Source of the DNA: Sphyrna mokarran
Lineage: Eukaryota
DNA length: 64,000 nucleotides
Assembly: GCA_024679065.1 (NCBI GenBank)
Contig: JAGIQG010000013.1
Coordinates: 16,306,001 to 16,370,000 of the forward strand
Direction of reading: 5' to 3'
Shown: piece after piece, positions 26,958 to 39,182 of the stretch
Numbering within the stretch: position 1 is the first letter of the stretch
Layout: each line of letters starts with the position of its first letter
Notes under the pieces: model-generated
What the model was told of the DNA's origin: nothing
Seen by the model: the letters and a program-made list of their open reading frames with translations, nothing else
Databases searched by the model: none
Program-made: the position numbers and the translations under genes

Positions 26958-27360
26958 ACAAAGAACAACACAGCACAGGAAACAGGTCCTTTGGCCCCAC
27001 AAGCCCATGCTGCCCATTTAAACCCTCAGTGAGTGCCTCATTCCCAATCCATCTTCTACCTATGACTTTTGTCTACATTTTGTAGACTCCACAATAAAAG
27101 GGTGCACATTTAGGGAATTATATGTGCACCAAATTAAGGAAAATTCAATTTAGGGACAATTTATTAACACCAATCAGCCGAAAAGCATGTTTTTGGAATG
27201 CGGGAGGAAACCGGAGCAACTGCAGAAAACCCCACGCAAGTAGGGGGAAAATGTGCAAACTCCTACAGACACCGACCCAAGCCGGAGATCCGACACGGGT
27301 CCCTATAACTACACAGCAAACAGTGATAGTCACTGAGCTGTCGTGTTACCTGCCCATTGG
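26958..27360 (-). mobile_element. V-type SINE (tail type c)
   Basis: gggaggaaaccggagcaactgcagaaaacccc (V-domain, reverse strand); aacacagcacaggaaacaggtcctttggccc tail. Confidence 0.75.
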
Positions 27361-27679
27361 TCCAGTTTAAGTGTATACTAATGATGTGAAGTGCTAGGCA
27401 ACTGTCAAAGCAACATCCAAAAGCAGCCCTCGCATGATCTACCATGTGTATGTCCCTTGTTGACCAACAAGGTGGACTGAGTTGCCTGTGGATGTCAAAA
27501 AAGAGACAAAGAAGAGACGTCAATAAACATACGATAGACTACACAGACTTTAATGGAAGATCCCCAATAGCTCCAACATAACAGACAGGTGAGCCATATA
27601 ATTTGTTGGACATCCAATAGGAATCTATTAATTCCCAGTAACATCCTGAGGCTCTTGATCCTTAAGTAGATCATTCTTT

Positions 27680-30140
27680 TGTATCCCTCCATCTCTAATC
27701 TGCTCATGTCCTTTCTAGGTAAGCCTTAAACAACCCTAGCATTGTCTGCCTCCACCACCCCACTTAGCAATGCATTCCAAGCCCCCACAACCCTCTGTGT
27801 GAAAAACCTCCCTCAAACAACTGAATTATACCTCACCTTGAGCCTGTGATTTTTCACATCCAAATTAGGAAAAAGCATCACACTGTTCAGTCTATACCCT
27901 TTCATAATTTTATATGCCTCTATTAGGTCGCCCCTCATTCTCCATCTTGCCAGAGAGAACAACTCCAATTTGCCCAACCTCTCCTCATAGCTAAGACCCT
28001 CCATACCAGGCAGCATCCTAATAAACTTCCTCTGCACTCTCTCCAAGGCCGCCACATCCTTCCAGTAGTGTGGTGACCAGAACTGGACACAGTACTACAA
28101 ATATGGTCTAACCAACGAGGTACACAACAGCAACATTAGATGCCAGTTTTTATACTCTATAACCCCTTCCAATGAAGGCAAGCATACCATATGGCGCCTT
28201 CATCACCTGTGCTGCCACCTTCAAGGACTTGCACACCTAGGTCCCTCTGTGTTTCTATATTCTTAATGGCCTTACCATTTATTGGATAGCTACCCCCTAC
28301 ATTATTTCTTCCAAAATGCATCACCTCACATTTACTTGGATTAAATTTCATTTGCCATTTCACTGCACAATGGTAGGATTCTTAATAGTGTTGATGAACA
28401 GAGGGATCTTGGTGTATATGTGCACAGATCCCTGAAAGTAGGCAGTCAAGTCGATAAGGTTGTTAAGAAGGCATATGGAGTCTTAGCTTTTATTGGTAGG
28501 GGGATTGAATTTCGGAGCCGCAACGTCATGTTGCAACTGTACAAACTCTAGTGCGGCCGCACTTGGAGTATTGTGTGCAGTTCTGGTCCCCACATTATAA
28601 GAAAGATGTGGAGGCATTGGAGAGGGTACAGAGGAGGTTTACCAGGATGTTGCCTGGTATGGAGGGCAGGTCTTATGAAGAGAGGCTGAAGGATTTGAGG
28701 TTGTTTTCGTTAGAAAGGAGGCGGCTAAGAGGGGACCTTATCGAAATATATATGATTAGAGGTTTAGATAGGGTGGACAGTGATAGCCTTTTTCCTAGGA
28801 TGGAGAAAGCTAGCACGATGGAAAAACAGCTTTAAATTAAGGGGTGATAGTTATAGGACGGATATCAGAGGTAGGTTCTTTACCCAAAGGGTGGTTCGGG
28901 AGTGGAATGCCCTGCCTGTGGCAGTTGTAGATGCGCGAAGTTTGGTGGCGTTTAAGAGGTTAGTTGATAAGTATATGGAAGAGAAGGGAATGGTTTAGTT
29001 TGGAGGGTCATTGCTTTTTATATTGATTGGCGCAACATCGAAGGCCGAAGGGCCTGTTCTGTGCTGTAATGTTCTATGTTCTATGCTGTATTGTCTGACA
29101 CTGTTCATCACTATCAGCAATTCCAGTCATCTTCGTGTCAGCTGCAAACTTGCTGATCACACCAGTTACTCCCTCTTCCAAATCATTTATATGTATCACA
29201 AAAGCAGCGGTCCCAGTAGAGAGCCCTACAGAACACCACTAGTCACAGACTTCCAGCTAGAAAAAGGTCCTTCCACTGCTACCCTGTTTCCTGTTGCCAA
29301 GCCAATTCTGAACCCATCTAGCCACCTGTCCTTGTATGCCATGAGCCTTAACCTTTTTCACCAATCTGTCATGAGGGACTTTGTCAAATGCCTTATTGAA
29401 ATCCATGTAGAGCTCTTGCTTTGTCAACTGTTTCTATCATCTCCTCAAAAAAATTCCACCAGATTTGTAAGGCACAACCTCTGTTTTACAAAGCCACGTT
29501 GCCTGTAATCAGATTACTATGTTCTAAATGCACGTACATCCTATCTCTAAGAATCTGTCTAACTTCCCTATCACTGACGTCAAGCTCACCAGCCTATAAT
29601 TACCAGGGTTATCCCTACTACCCTTTTTTAAACAGTACCATATTTGCTATCCTTCAATCCTCTGTGACCTTACCTGTGTCTAAAAAAGAGACAAAGATTT
29701 CCTTCAGAGGCCCAGCAATTTCATCTTGTGTCTTCCTAAGCAGCCTAGGATAAATGCCATCAGGCTCTGGAGACTTGTCAGTTTTAATATTACCTAAAAA
29801 CCATTACACTTCTTCCCTTGTAATGGAGATTTTCTCCATCAGGTCAACAACTCACTCCAAGACACTTCCAGACAACAAGTCCCTCTCCTTTGTGAATAAT
29901 GACAAGTATTCATTCAGGATCTCCCCCATTCCCTTGAGCTCTAAACATAATTCCCCTCTTTTGTCCCTAAGAGGACCGATTTTTTTTTTCTCTTAAAAAC
30001 TCTTTTGTTTCTAACACATGAATAAAATGCCTTTGGATTATTCTTAATCTTGTCTGCCAAGACCATTTTGTGACCTCTTTTCGCCCTTCTAACTCCCCAT
30101 TTGAGTTCTCTCCTATTCTCTTTGTATTCCTCCAAAGCTC
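27680..30140 (-). mobile_element. CR1 LINE ORF2 remnant hosting a young CR1
   Basis: [25 protein letters not shown]; WQMKFNPSKCEVMHFGRNN; LADKIKNNPKAFYS. Confidence 0.85.
28369..29085 (+). mobile_element. Young CR1 3' part
   Basis: [35 protein letters not shown]; nearly identical to 46496-47114; (gttctat)n tail. Confidence 0.93.
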
Positions 30141-30429
30141 TCGCCGTTCAGAACTTTATTCTTGTCAGTAACTGTGTCACTGCATCACTGTTGCTAGGCA
30201 ATAGTAAAGCTTTTCTACTTTGATTTGTTTCCAGAATCATGGCATTTATAATCCTTGAAGTTGAAGAGATGGATTAAAAGATCTTATTAAAAATTAATAT
30301 ATACAAACAAACCCAAAAGACCTCAAGTCTATCCAGACTCCCCAACACCAATGTTCATGAACAAAATCTAAATGGAACTGAAGCCTTGCTTAACTCGCAA
30401 TTTTAAGTTGAATTCATATATATTCATTG

Positions 30430-30683
30430 TTTATAGCAATGGAATCACCACAAACTGCAAGTTCCCCTCCAAGCTCATCACAACCCTGGCTTTGAACTAA
30501 ATCACTGTTCCTTCAATGTTGTTGGGTCAAACTTCTGGAACTCCCAAACAGCACCTCGTGTGTACACACATAACAGTTTGCAGTAATTCAAGGTGACTCA
30601 CCAGCACATTAAGGATATTTAGGGTTGGACAATAAATGCTGGGTTTTACAAGTAATGCTCACATCCCAAGATCAAATAAAAAA
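30430..30683 (+). mobile_element. 3' end of old LINE family
   Basis: Matches the reverse complement of 51050-51220; ends ggacaataaatgctggg...gctcacatcccaagatcaaataaaaaa. Confidence 0.7.
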
Positions 30684-33173
30684 GGTCATGAATCAGAATT
30701 CAGTAACTCCAGTAGTATGTGTTGGCATAAATTTATCTATTTGAAAAACAGATTACTATTAAAGAATGTGCTAAGAAACAGCAAAATATCATTTTTAATA
30801 ATACTTTTATCTCTTTTACCAGTAAATATAAGTCTGGTAAAACCTTTATCTTCAAATATATTATCTGGTTTGACATCATTTACAACTGATCAAACAATGG
30901 TGAGAAAATAGCCAGGAAAAAATGTAATTTATCATAAAAATCCAACTGGCTTGCTACTGGCATTTAGGAAACAGTGTTTGTCCCAATACCCGGTGTAACA
31001 TGCATGTGATTGCTGTCAAACACAATGCATTTGACTCAATACTGTGGCTGTTAAGCAACAAGGATATAGAGGAATTTCATACAAATCTTACATCAACATT
31101 GACTATTAAAATCTTTATGGCAGAAGAAAGGAGATTTCATTTTAATTTTAATCAATTAATTTAGCTCATTGCTTCCCAAATTTCCTTACAGTTTACTACT
31201 CACCTATAAATTTTTTTTATATATAATGGATACTAAATGGGAACTGAATTAGATCTCTCTGTCATGATCCAATTAGCTCTGGCTTCATAAACACTGTTTC
31301 CACTGAAAAGATTATTAGTCTCAATGTAATGGTATGGATGTAGTACCTCACTTACACAGCCCACATGATAAGCTTTAATTAGCCCAAAACAAATTAAATT
31401 ACACCAGGCTTGGTAATACTTTGAAAGAAAAGTATTTGGGAACCAATCCCTAATAATATATCCAAGTGGTCATGGGGGACAGACACAGTTACACGTGAGC
31501 TAGAGTTGTAGTCGGAAAGAAGTGCTGCATGATGCTGAGTTGCTTCCTCATCGATAACTTGAATGCTAAGCTATTCACAAGCATAATGAATGCTAAGCAT
31601 AACACAAAGATCTTGTGTTTAGGATTGTGTTGTACGGATAGACATGGTGATCAACAAATTACCAGGAAGAACAGGACTTATTTTTAAAAAATCAGTGTTA
31701 TAACGGGAAGATGATTTGGTCAGTTTTCTCAAAGAATTAATACATTCCTTATCCAAGTTCTTCCTCTATTCTGGAAAAAAAGTGATTACCACTCATTTTA
31801 AAATATGTAAAGAAACAGTACAATATCATTCCCAATAGTATATTTTCTATTTTATTGGTTAATACAGCACAAAAAAATCTAATAAAACCACATCCTCAAA
31901 TATATTTTCCAGTTTGACACCATTTACAGTTAATTGAACAACATTTTCAACTGAACACACTTGTCATTAGAGGTAAGCTGTTTCTGAATACTTTCCTTTC
32001 AGTTTATACTGCAAACAATTAACACTGAACTGGTTTACAAAAACCATTTTCCATGCTTAAGAACAATCCACTGAAAAAAAATAAAAAATATGTACAAAGA
32101 AATATGATTTTGAAAAGATTGGAGTCATTGGAATAATACTGCATTAATAGCTATTGACATTTCAACTACAATAACAAAATATTGGAAATCTGAAATGAAT
32201 ACAAAATTGCTGGACATATACATCAGGTCTAGCAACACCTATGAACAGAGTTTACTATTTTAGCTTGATGATCTTGCATCAGAATTGACTGAAAGCGTAA
32301 CTCTTTCTCTTGCCACAGATGCTTTCAAACTTGCTGAGTGCCGACATTTTAATTGTACAATAAATAATAAATTAACATTGTAAAATAAATTCATCCTGTA
32401 CACAATTTTATTACCATAAGCTGAGCTTTGTGTTACCATTTGATGGTTAGCAGTAGCTAAACACAAGAGCAGCTTTGAATATCCTCATCCCACAAGGTGA
32501 AATAGTATCTTTCCCCGGAATTCTATTCCTTTGAGTTACAGACATAAATGTCCCAAAGTAAGTTTTGGTCCCTTAGCATACATCTTACCAATTCTTAATC
32601 ATGTCAGTGTTGGAGTTAACTATTACAGGAGGATAATCCATCTTGAGAGAAAAACTGATTAATCGGCTTTCTTGAGAACCATAAGCACACCTCCAAGCAC
32701 AAAGCAGCATTGGTAGCATTTGCATGATTTTCTGTCGAGCAGATTTTCCCTCCCAGGTAAAGAATTCATGAGATGAACCACAGTTATTTAACACTATCAT
32801 TCTATACTATATTGTTTATGATAACTGGTATCTGAATGATATCTGAGATGCTATTATATAATCTTTAAGATACAAAATGTCTGTCTTTTCCTGTTTGAAA
32901 ATTACTTTTCATTAAATTCAACTGAATTTAATAAAATGCAATGCTACAAGTCAGCAGCTACAACATTAGAGAATTCCGTCATAGAAGCTCTTTTTAAACA
33001 GTTTCCTTAAAATACATCCAAGAGCATTACATTCAGTTTGTTTTTTTTTACAAATAAATAGATTTTTGTAAGTAAAGTTTCCAGTGATTAAAAACTTTAG
33101 GTTAACCTAATTATATTCCAACATAAATGTCAGCAATTCAATATTGAAAGAGCTGAAAATTTATCAGATTTAA

Positions 33174-33179
33174 TTTATT
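33174..33179 (-). promoter_or_regulatory. Candidate proximal POLQ polyadenylation signal
   Basis: AATAAA on the - strand about 150 nt past the stop; further candidates at 32407-32412 and 31851-31856. Confidence 0.4.
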
Positions 33180-33325
33180 TAAAAAGATATATTAATTATA
33201 TTCAGTGAACCCATAAGAAACAATTTCATTTCTGAACTGAGTATTAATTATAAACCAGGCGTCTAGCACAAGAAAATAAATAGACAGGAAAGTCACCAAC
33301 ATCTGTTAATCTGGCAAATTCTTCA

Positions 33326-33439
33326 CTACAAGTCTAAGTCTTGAAGATTCCCCCAACTTGGACCAATCTTCACTTTGACACAAAGTTTCACTAGCAGTTT
33401 CATGGCATTTTCCATTTCATTTTTCACTATCTGTGCAAT
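33326..33439 (-). CDS. POLQ: POLQ terminal coding exon (ex30 equivalent)
   Basis: IAQIVKNEMENAMKLLVKLCVKVKIGPSWGNLQDLDL*; CATCAG| acceptor, TAG at 33326-33328. Confidence 0.96.
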   Translation of the reverse strand: MAQIVKNEMENAMKLLVKLCVKVKIGPSWGNLQDLDL

Positions 33440-33713
33440 CTGATGAGGGCCAGAGATTGAGAAAAGTGATCAGAAACATAATTTGATTAAATAAATACAC
33501 ACAAGATAGTTTGGAGGACTGTATCCTCTATATTAATTACCCAATCTTTAAACAGAAAAAAAAGTACATCAAAAATTCTGCCTAAAACAAAAACAAAGCA
33601 CAAATGAAACTTAAAACATCAAATCAAAGGATGATTAAAAGAGTTAATGACCACACTCCAGTCCCTGCAGTGCTCAAAAGATGTGGAAGGCCTCAATAGT
33701 ATCCACACACATT

Positions 33714-33852
33714 ATGTAGAGATGCCAGCGTTGGACTGGGGTAAGCTCAGTAAGAGGTCTGACAACACCAATTTTAAATCCAACCAATTTATTTGATAGT
33801 AAACTTGCTAGCTTTCGGCGTTTGCGCCTTCGTCAGGCGAATGAGGTGTTCT
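33714..33852 (-). mobile_element. Penelope-derived terminal fragment in last POLQ intron
   Basis: atgtagagatgccagcgttggactgggg...; same family as 38128-38359. Confidence 0.8.
33805..33841 (-). ncRNA. Minimal type I hammerhead ribozyme motif
   Basis: TTCGC CTGACGA A GGCG CAAA CGCC GAA AGCT A GCAA: complete core, 4-bp stem II, palindromic stem III, short stem I. Confidence 0.65.
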
Positions 33853-34695
33853 AATCTCCAAAAGCACACATATACACATAGCCAGCTCTGGTTTTATATC
33901 CCAGCCCACTTCCATTCCCCCACAAGTAACCCCTCTCCCCCCAACCAACCCTGCCTGCTTCCTCTATCACCCCCTACTGCCCTTGGTCCTTGTCTACCTC
34001 CAATTCCCTAACTCCCCCAATCCGTGCCCTCCTCCATTCCCCCGCACATCCCTACCTCACCTCCGACCAACATTCCCTCTCCACACCCTAGTCCCCCTCT
34101 GTTCCCTCGCCCTCCTTTTCGTCCCACAGGATGTACCAAGATTAGATCTGCATCTGAACAATTGCTATAATCTTATATCCTTACTCTGTATCTTCTAATA
34201 GCTTTCTTTTTTGTATTACTGATGGGCAGCAATGCATTTAATATTCTAATATTTCTTTGTGTGAAAAGGTTCCTGGCTATCTTCGTTATTAATACTAAAT
34301 TTATGCACTTTTTTAAACCAATTTATTTGTGGAAAAGATTTTTCACTACCTATTTGATCATTTTGAACACTCTAATAGCTCTCCCCTTCTAATACAAACT
34401 TATTTTTTCAAGTTTTTCGACATAACTAAATCTACTGATTGTCTCGTTAGTAAATTTGTGTTAAAAGCCTTCTCCAAAATCTTTACATAATGGGGTTTGC
34501 AAAATCACTACTTCAACTTTAGCTTTTCTACCGAGTTACATAGATGCATCGTTACATCCAAGCTGTTGCATTCATCGTACACTCAGCATTCAATTAGCTT
34601 GTTTTCTGTTTTTTCATAGTATTTTGAGACTGAAATGAGCACTTTTTGAAAAAAAGACAATGTAAATTAAATGAACAAATTCTTCACACTCCCAC

Positions 34696-34811
34696 CTGTA
34701 TCAGGTCATTTTCTGCAACTTCATAAAGTAGCTCATCATGTAATTGCAAGATGAAAAAGCCTCCACTCTCTGGTCGGTAAGTTTCTCGCTGTTTTTTCCT
34801 TTCAATCATGT
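34696..34811 (-). CDS. POLQ: POLQ exon (ex29 equivalent), motif C
   Basis: 116 nt; DMIERKKQRETYRPESGGFFILQLHDELLYEVAENDLIQ; catalytic HDE. Confidence 0.96.
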
Positions 34812-35029
34812 CTACATTTGGGTACAAATATCAATTAATCTCAAATTACAAATTTCAACCAAGGTGATCACAATCTCCTCCCAACCTCATGACATGATTA
34901 GAATTTAAATGTCATCAAATGTACCTACAGTTCCAGAAAATAAATTAGATTTCAAATTCAATCATAGGGCAGGAGGCAAACGTTTCATTTCTCTCATCCA
35001 TTTCCTTCCCCCTCAAAACTACTATAAAT

Positions 35030-35660
35030 GTTTCCCTTGTCCTCACCTTCCACCCACCACCTTCTGTAATTTCAACAGATCATCCTCTAACATCTTCCGC
35101 TCTCCTCCCCTCCCAACATTCCAGAGGGACATTTCCCCTCCATAATACTGTTACAATGGCCCACTTGTCTCAAATTAATCCTAGATCTATAAACATAGAC
35201 AGGGATCACCGGTAGAGGTGGGAACATTAGGGTGGCGGCGCGGGCTTGTTGGGCCGAAGGGCCTGTTTCCCGTGCTGTTTTGTTCTTTGTTCTCAGTCTC
35301 ATTCAACACCCTATCCCCTTCCCATGGTACCTTTCCATGTAAAACGAGAAGACAAAACATCTGTTCTTTTACCTCCTCTGGCTCAATGTCCAAGGCCTCA
35401 AACAATCTTTCCTGGTGAAGCAGCAATTTGTGTGTACTTCTTTCAATCTTCTCTACGTTATTCATTGTTAATAATCTGGTCACCTCGCCAGGGGAAGCCC
35501 AAATGCAAATTGAGTGACTTCTCTGCAGAACACTTCCATTCAGTCTGCAAGCATGACCAAGTTTCCAGTGGTTTGTCAGTTTAATTCCCCACCTTGCTCT
35601 CACACTGACATCTCTATTCTTGGCCAGTTAACCTGTTCTAGTAGGGCTCAATGCAAATGA
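35030..35660 (+). mobile_element. Decayed Penelope-like ORF 3' end (GIY-YIG endonuclease region)
   Basis: Frameshifted pieces FRSPPLPTFQRD, HGTFPCKTRRQNICSFTSS, KCKLSDFSAEHFHSVCKHD resemble the PLE Cys-linker/GIY-YIG region; SINE nested at 35165-35292. Confidence 0.7.
35165..35292 (+). mobile_element. SINE 3' fragment (tail type c)
   Basis: Near-identical to 53052-53184. Confidence 0.85.
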
Positions 35661-36227
35661 TTTTGGCAACGTATAAAGTAAGGGGGTGATTTTAACTTCC
35701 TCTATATTGACTGGACTCACTTAGTGTTAGGGGTGTTAATGGACCAGAGTTTGTAAGGAGCATCCAGGAGAGTTTCTTGAAAGCCCATCCACAGAAGGGA
35801 TTATATTGGGGAATGAGCCTGGCAAGATGGTCAACATTTCAGCAGGGGAGCAGATCAGGAAGAGTGATCACAATTCAGTAAGCTTTAAATACTGATGGAT
35901 AAAGGTAAATGTAATCCTCAGGTAAATTGAGGGATGGCTAATTATAACAATATTAGGCTGATGTTTGAAGACAAATCAATATCTGGCACATGGGAGACTT
36001 TCAAATGTAAGGGGTAGGTGAGGTAAGAACAAAAGGAAGATCTGTTATAAGGTGAGAACAGGAGAGATTGAATGACAGAAAAGTTAGTCCTCCAGGGACA
36101 AAGGGAATGGAGAAGAGAAATAAACTAAAGATGTGGCTAGAGCAGTTTGCTGCTAACTCATGGTGGGAGAGAAAACCAAGCAAAGGAAACTAAATGTGTG
36201 CAGAGATAATGTTCTGAAGTTGTTGAG

Positions 36228-36422
36228 TCCAAAGATGTGCGGGTTAGGTTGATTGGCCACGCTAAAATTGCCCCTTAGTGTCCTGAGTTGCATAGGTTAA
36301 AGAGATTAGTGGATAAAATACGTAGGGATTTGGGGATAGGGCTTGAGTGGGATTGTGGTAGGTGCAGATTCGATGAATCGAATGGCCTCTTTCTGTACTA
36401 TAGGGTTTCTATGATTTCTATG
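36228..36422 (+). mobile_element. 5'-truncated HE1/V-type SINE (tail type b)
   Basis: tccaaagatgtgcgggttaggttgattggccacgctaaaattgcccctt...tttctatgatttctatg. Confidence 0.85.
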
Positions 36423-36635
36423 AATAGGAAGGCTAACTAAAAGATGACGCACTGCTCCTGAAGTTTGTGTTTAGTTCATGTGATACAGGTTGTCTGCCAT
36501 GTAATGAAATGACAACTCAGCATCATACTGACAACCTCACCTAATTGGTATAAGAATTGGGCTTCACATTCAGAAAGAGAGGTTCATGGCTCAATTAATT
36601 TGCTCTGAATAAAAATACACGCATTTGGATCAACA

Positions 36636-36922
36636 CAATGGCACAGTAGTTAGCATTGCTTCCTCACAGCGCTAGGGACCTGGGTTTGATTTCCAGCTTG
36701 GGTCACAGTGTGTGTGGAGTTTGCATATTCTCCCTGTGTGGGTTTCCTCCAGATGCTCCGGTTTCTTCCCACAGTACAAAAGACATGCTGGTTAGGTGCA
36801 TTGGCCATGCTAAATTCTCCCTCAGTGTACCCAAACAAGTGCCAGAATGTGCAACTAGGGGAATTTCACAGTAACTTCATTGTAATGCTAATGTAAGCCT
36901 ACTTGTGACTAATAAATAAACT
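36636..36922 (+). mobile_element. tRNA-derived V-type SINE (tail type a)
   Basis: tggcacagtagttagc head, gggtttgattt B-like box, V-domain, aataaataaact tail. Confidence 0.88.
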
Positions 36923-37304
36923 TAACTTTTTACTTTTGCAGTTCAGAGGAGTTAAGATGAAGGAATGGGAAAATGGCACAGGCGGGACATAACAAAAAGG
37001 TTAAAGACATATGTGACACATGTCTTTATCCCAAAGTCTTAAATTGCAGTTCCAAATCTGACTGAAACCTAAACTAGCTGAGGAATGTTTGCAGCTGCTT
37101 TGCTGTGACATCAGCTGGGAACTGAGATTATAGGATAAAACAAAACTGAAAAAAAGCCATCAGGATTCTCCTGGTATGTCACCTAAAGTCCCAGGAACAA
37201 ATTGGAACATTGGGGCCAAGTCTCGGAAAAGTCCACAGGTAGCTTACTGTTCCTATTATCTGGAGGGAACAGAAGAGAAATAAAAGACAGATCTTGGTTT
37301 TCAC

Positions 37305-37464
37305 CCAGTTTTGTGTCTTCCTGAAATCTGCTCTTCCAGTGACCGTGTGATTTGGCAACAGAAGGAAAGGTTTCCTCTAATCGTTTCTGAATATTAACAG
37401 TAGCTATTTTGACCAGATCAGCTGCTGATCCTTGTACAGTGGTGTTCACAGCTTGGCGTTGAGC
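37305..37464 (-). CDS. POLQ: POLQ exon (ex28 equivalent)
   Basis: 160 nt; AQRQAVNTTVQGSAADLVKIATVNIQKRLE...SHGH; CAACAG| and |GTGAAA. Confidence 0.96.
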
Positions 37465-37930
37465 CTGTTGGAATAGAATAACCAGAATGTGGATCTGTGA
37501 CAATAATGGAGCGTTGAACTTTCTCAGCTCACATGCAGCAAGGAGCTGGGATAGGATTGAAGAGCTATAAAAACTTGTATTACAAAACCCAATGATTAAA
37601 AGGTACTTTCCAGTTTGTGCTTCAAACAGCCGGTGCCCTGCTACAGAATAATATTCTGACTATTGTGCTTTAGAAAGTACAACCAAACAATGAAAATAAA
37701 TACTTCTGTTTTAAATTTGAACAAATGTGTACATTTTATTACTAAAAAAGCTGCATTTCCTCCCACAGTAATTTTATTACTAAACAAGTTACATGATTGA
37801 AACCACTTGAAATTGAGAGAATATCTATAAAATCCAGTTGATAGAAATCACTGTGCTGATTTAGGGGAGTTTATAGACATATGTAATAATGAGTTATGTA
37901 CTTTCGTAGTTGGCTGTCATCTGTACATTT

Positions 37931-38022
37931 ATGATGTGGAGTTGCCAGCGTTGGACTGAGCCCAGTCTAATGTCGGCATCTCCATATCATGACTACCACT
38001 GACACCACAAACTGGACTTCTC
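37931..38022. mobile_element. Penelope-derived fold-back of the terminal 30 bp
   Basis: atgatgtggagttgccagcgttggactgag directly followed by cccagtctaatgtcggcatctccatatcat; flanks tctgtacattta / tctgtgcactta (10/12). Confidence 0.65.
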
Positions 38023-38127
38023 TCTGTGCACTTACACATAGCTCCAAATTTCTCACACGTGTAAATGAACTTCTATTGAAGAGCAAATCAGGGTGATAAT
38101 TAGATTCACATTGCCAAAACATTTGAA

Positions 38128-38359
38128 GTCATGATGCCGGCGTTGGACTGGGGTAAACTCAGTAAAGTCTGGCAACACCAATTTTAAATCCAACCGATTT
38201 ATTTGATAGTAAACTCGTGAGCTTTCGGCCTTTGTGGCCTTCGTCAGGTGAATGAGGTGTTCTGACATGCCTGATGAAGGCCACAAAGGCCAAAGGTCAC
38301 GAGTTTACTATCAAATAAATCAGTTGGATTTAAAATTGGTGTTGCCAAACTTTACTGAG
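38128..38359. mobile_element. Penelope-derived palindromic insertion with hammerhead motif
   Basis: About 90-bp inverted arms (38158-38248 / 38270-38359); exact 13-bp TSD caaaacatttgaa (38115-38127 / 38360-38372). Confidence 0.88.
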
Positions 38360-38894
38360 CAAAACATTTGAACACAGCAGTGAAACAGCTATGTCTTTAA
38401 ACTGATACAGTGCAGCTTCCATGGGCAATTATAACGATCATCACCTTGAAATTCTAAAAGGCTTTTACCGTGATCCAGAGAGAATCTATTCAATATCCCA
38501 ACTACTTTACACTGCATTCTACTGATTAGATTAGGCAGCTTTAAAAAGTGCTTACAGAATCCAACTTAACTCCTCGGTAACTTGTAAACCAAATTTACAA
38601 TGAATTTACACTCCATGCAACTGCAATTCCAATCAATGCAAGGTTACAGGAATTCTTACTTCTTGCATTTCAAAATCAGACTAAGTCCTGATTCTAGATT
38701 TATATGTTAAACACTCACACTAAACTTGCAGCATAAATGTACTAAAGAGTAATTTTATCCATATACAAATGCTCATTCAATCAAACAGACTACTGGAAAG
38801 ACTGATTATGGACTAGTTTTTTAAATCTTGCATCAAACAGAATCCAATTTTAAGTTGACAACTATAACTTCATCAGAGTGAGATTTGGAGAATT

Positions 38895-39182
38895 ATAAAA
38901 TCCCGAGAGTGCAGGAGGCCATTCGGTCCATCAAGCTGCTCGAACAACAATCCCACCCAGACCGTTTCCCTATAATCTCATATATTTACCTCGCCGATCC
39001 TCTGACACTAAAGGGTAATTTAGCATGACCAATCCACCTAACCAGCATAACTTTGGATTGTGGGAGGAAACCGAAGCACCCAGAAGAAACCCAGGCATTC
39101 ACGGAGAGAACATGCAAACTCCACACAAGCAGTGACGTGAGGTCAGAACAGAGCTAACAGTGCTAACCACTATGCCACAACG
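38895..39182 (-). mobile_element. tRNA-derived HE1/V-type SINE (tail type b)
   Basis: tgggaggaaaccgaagcacccagaagaaaccc; gtgctaaccactatgccac head on the reverse strand. Confidence 0.85.
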
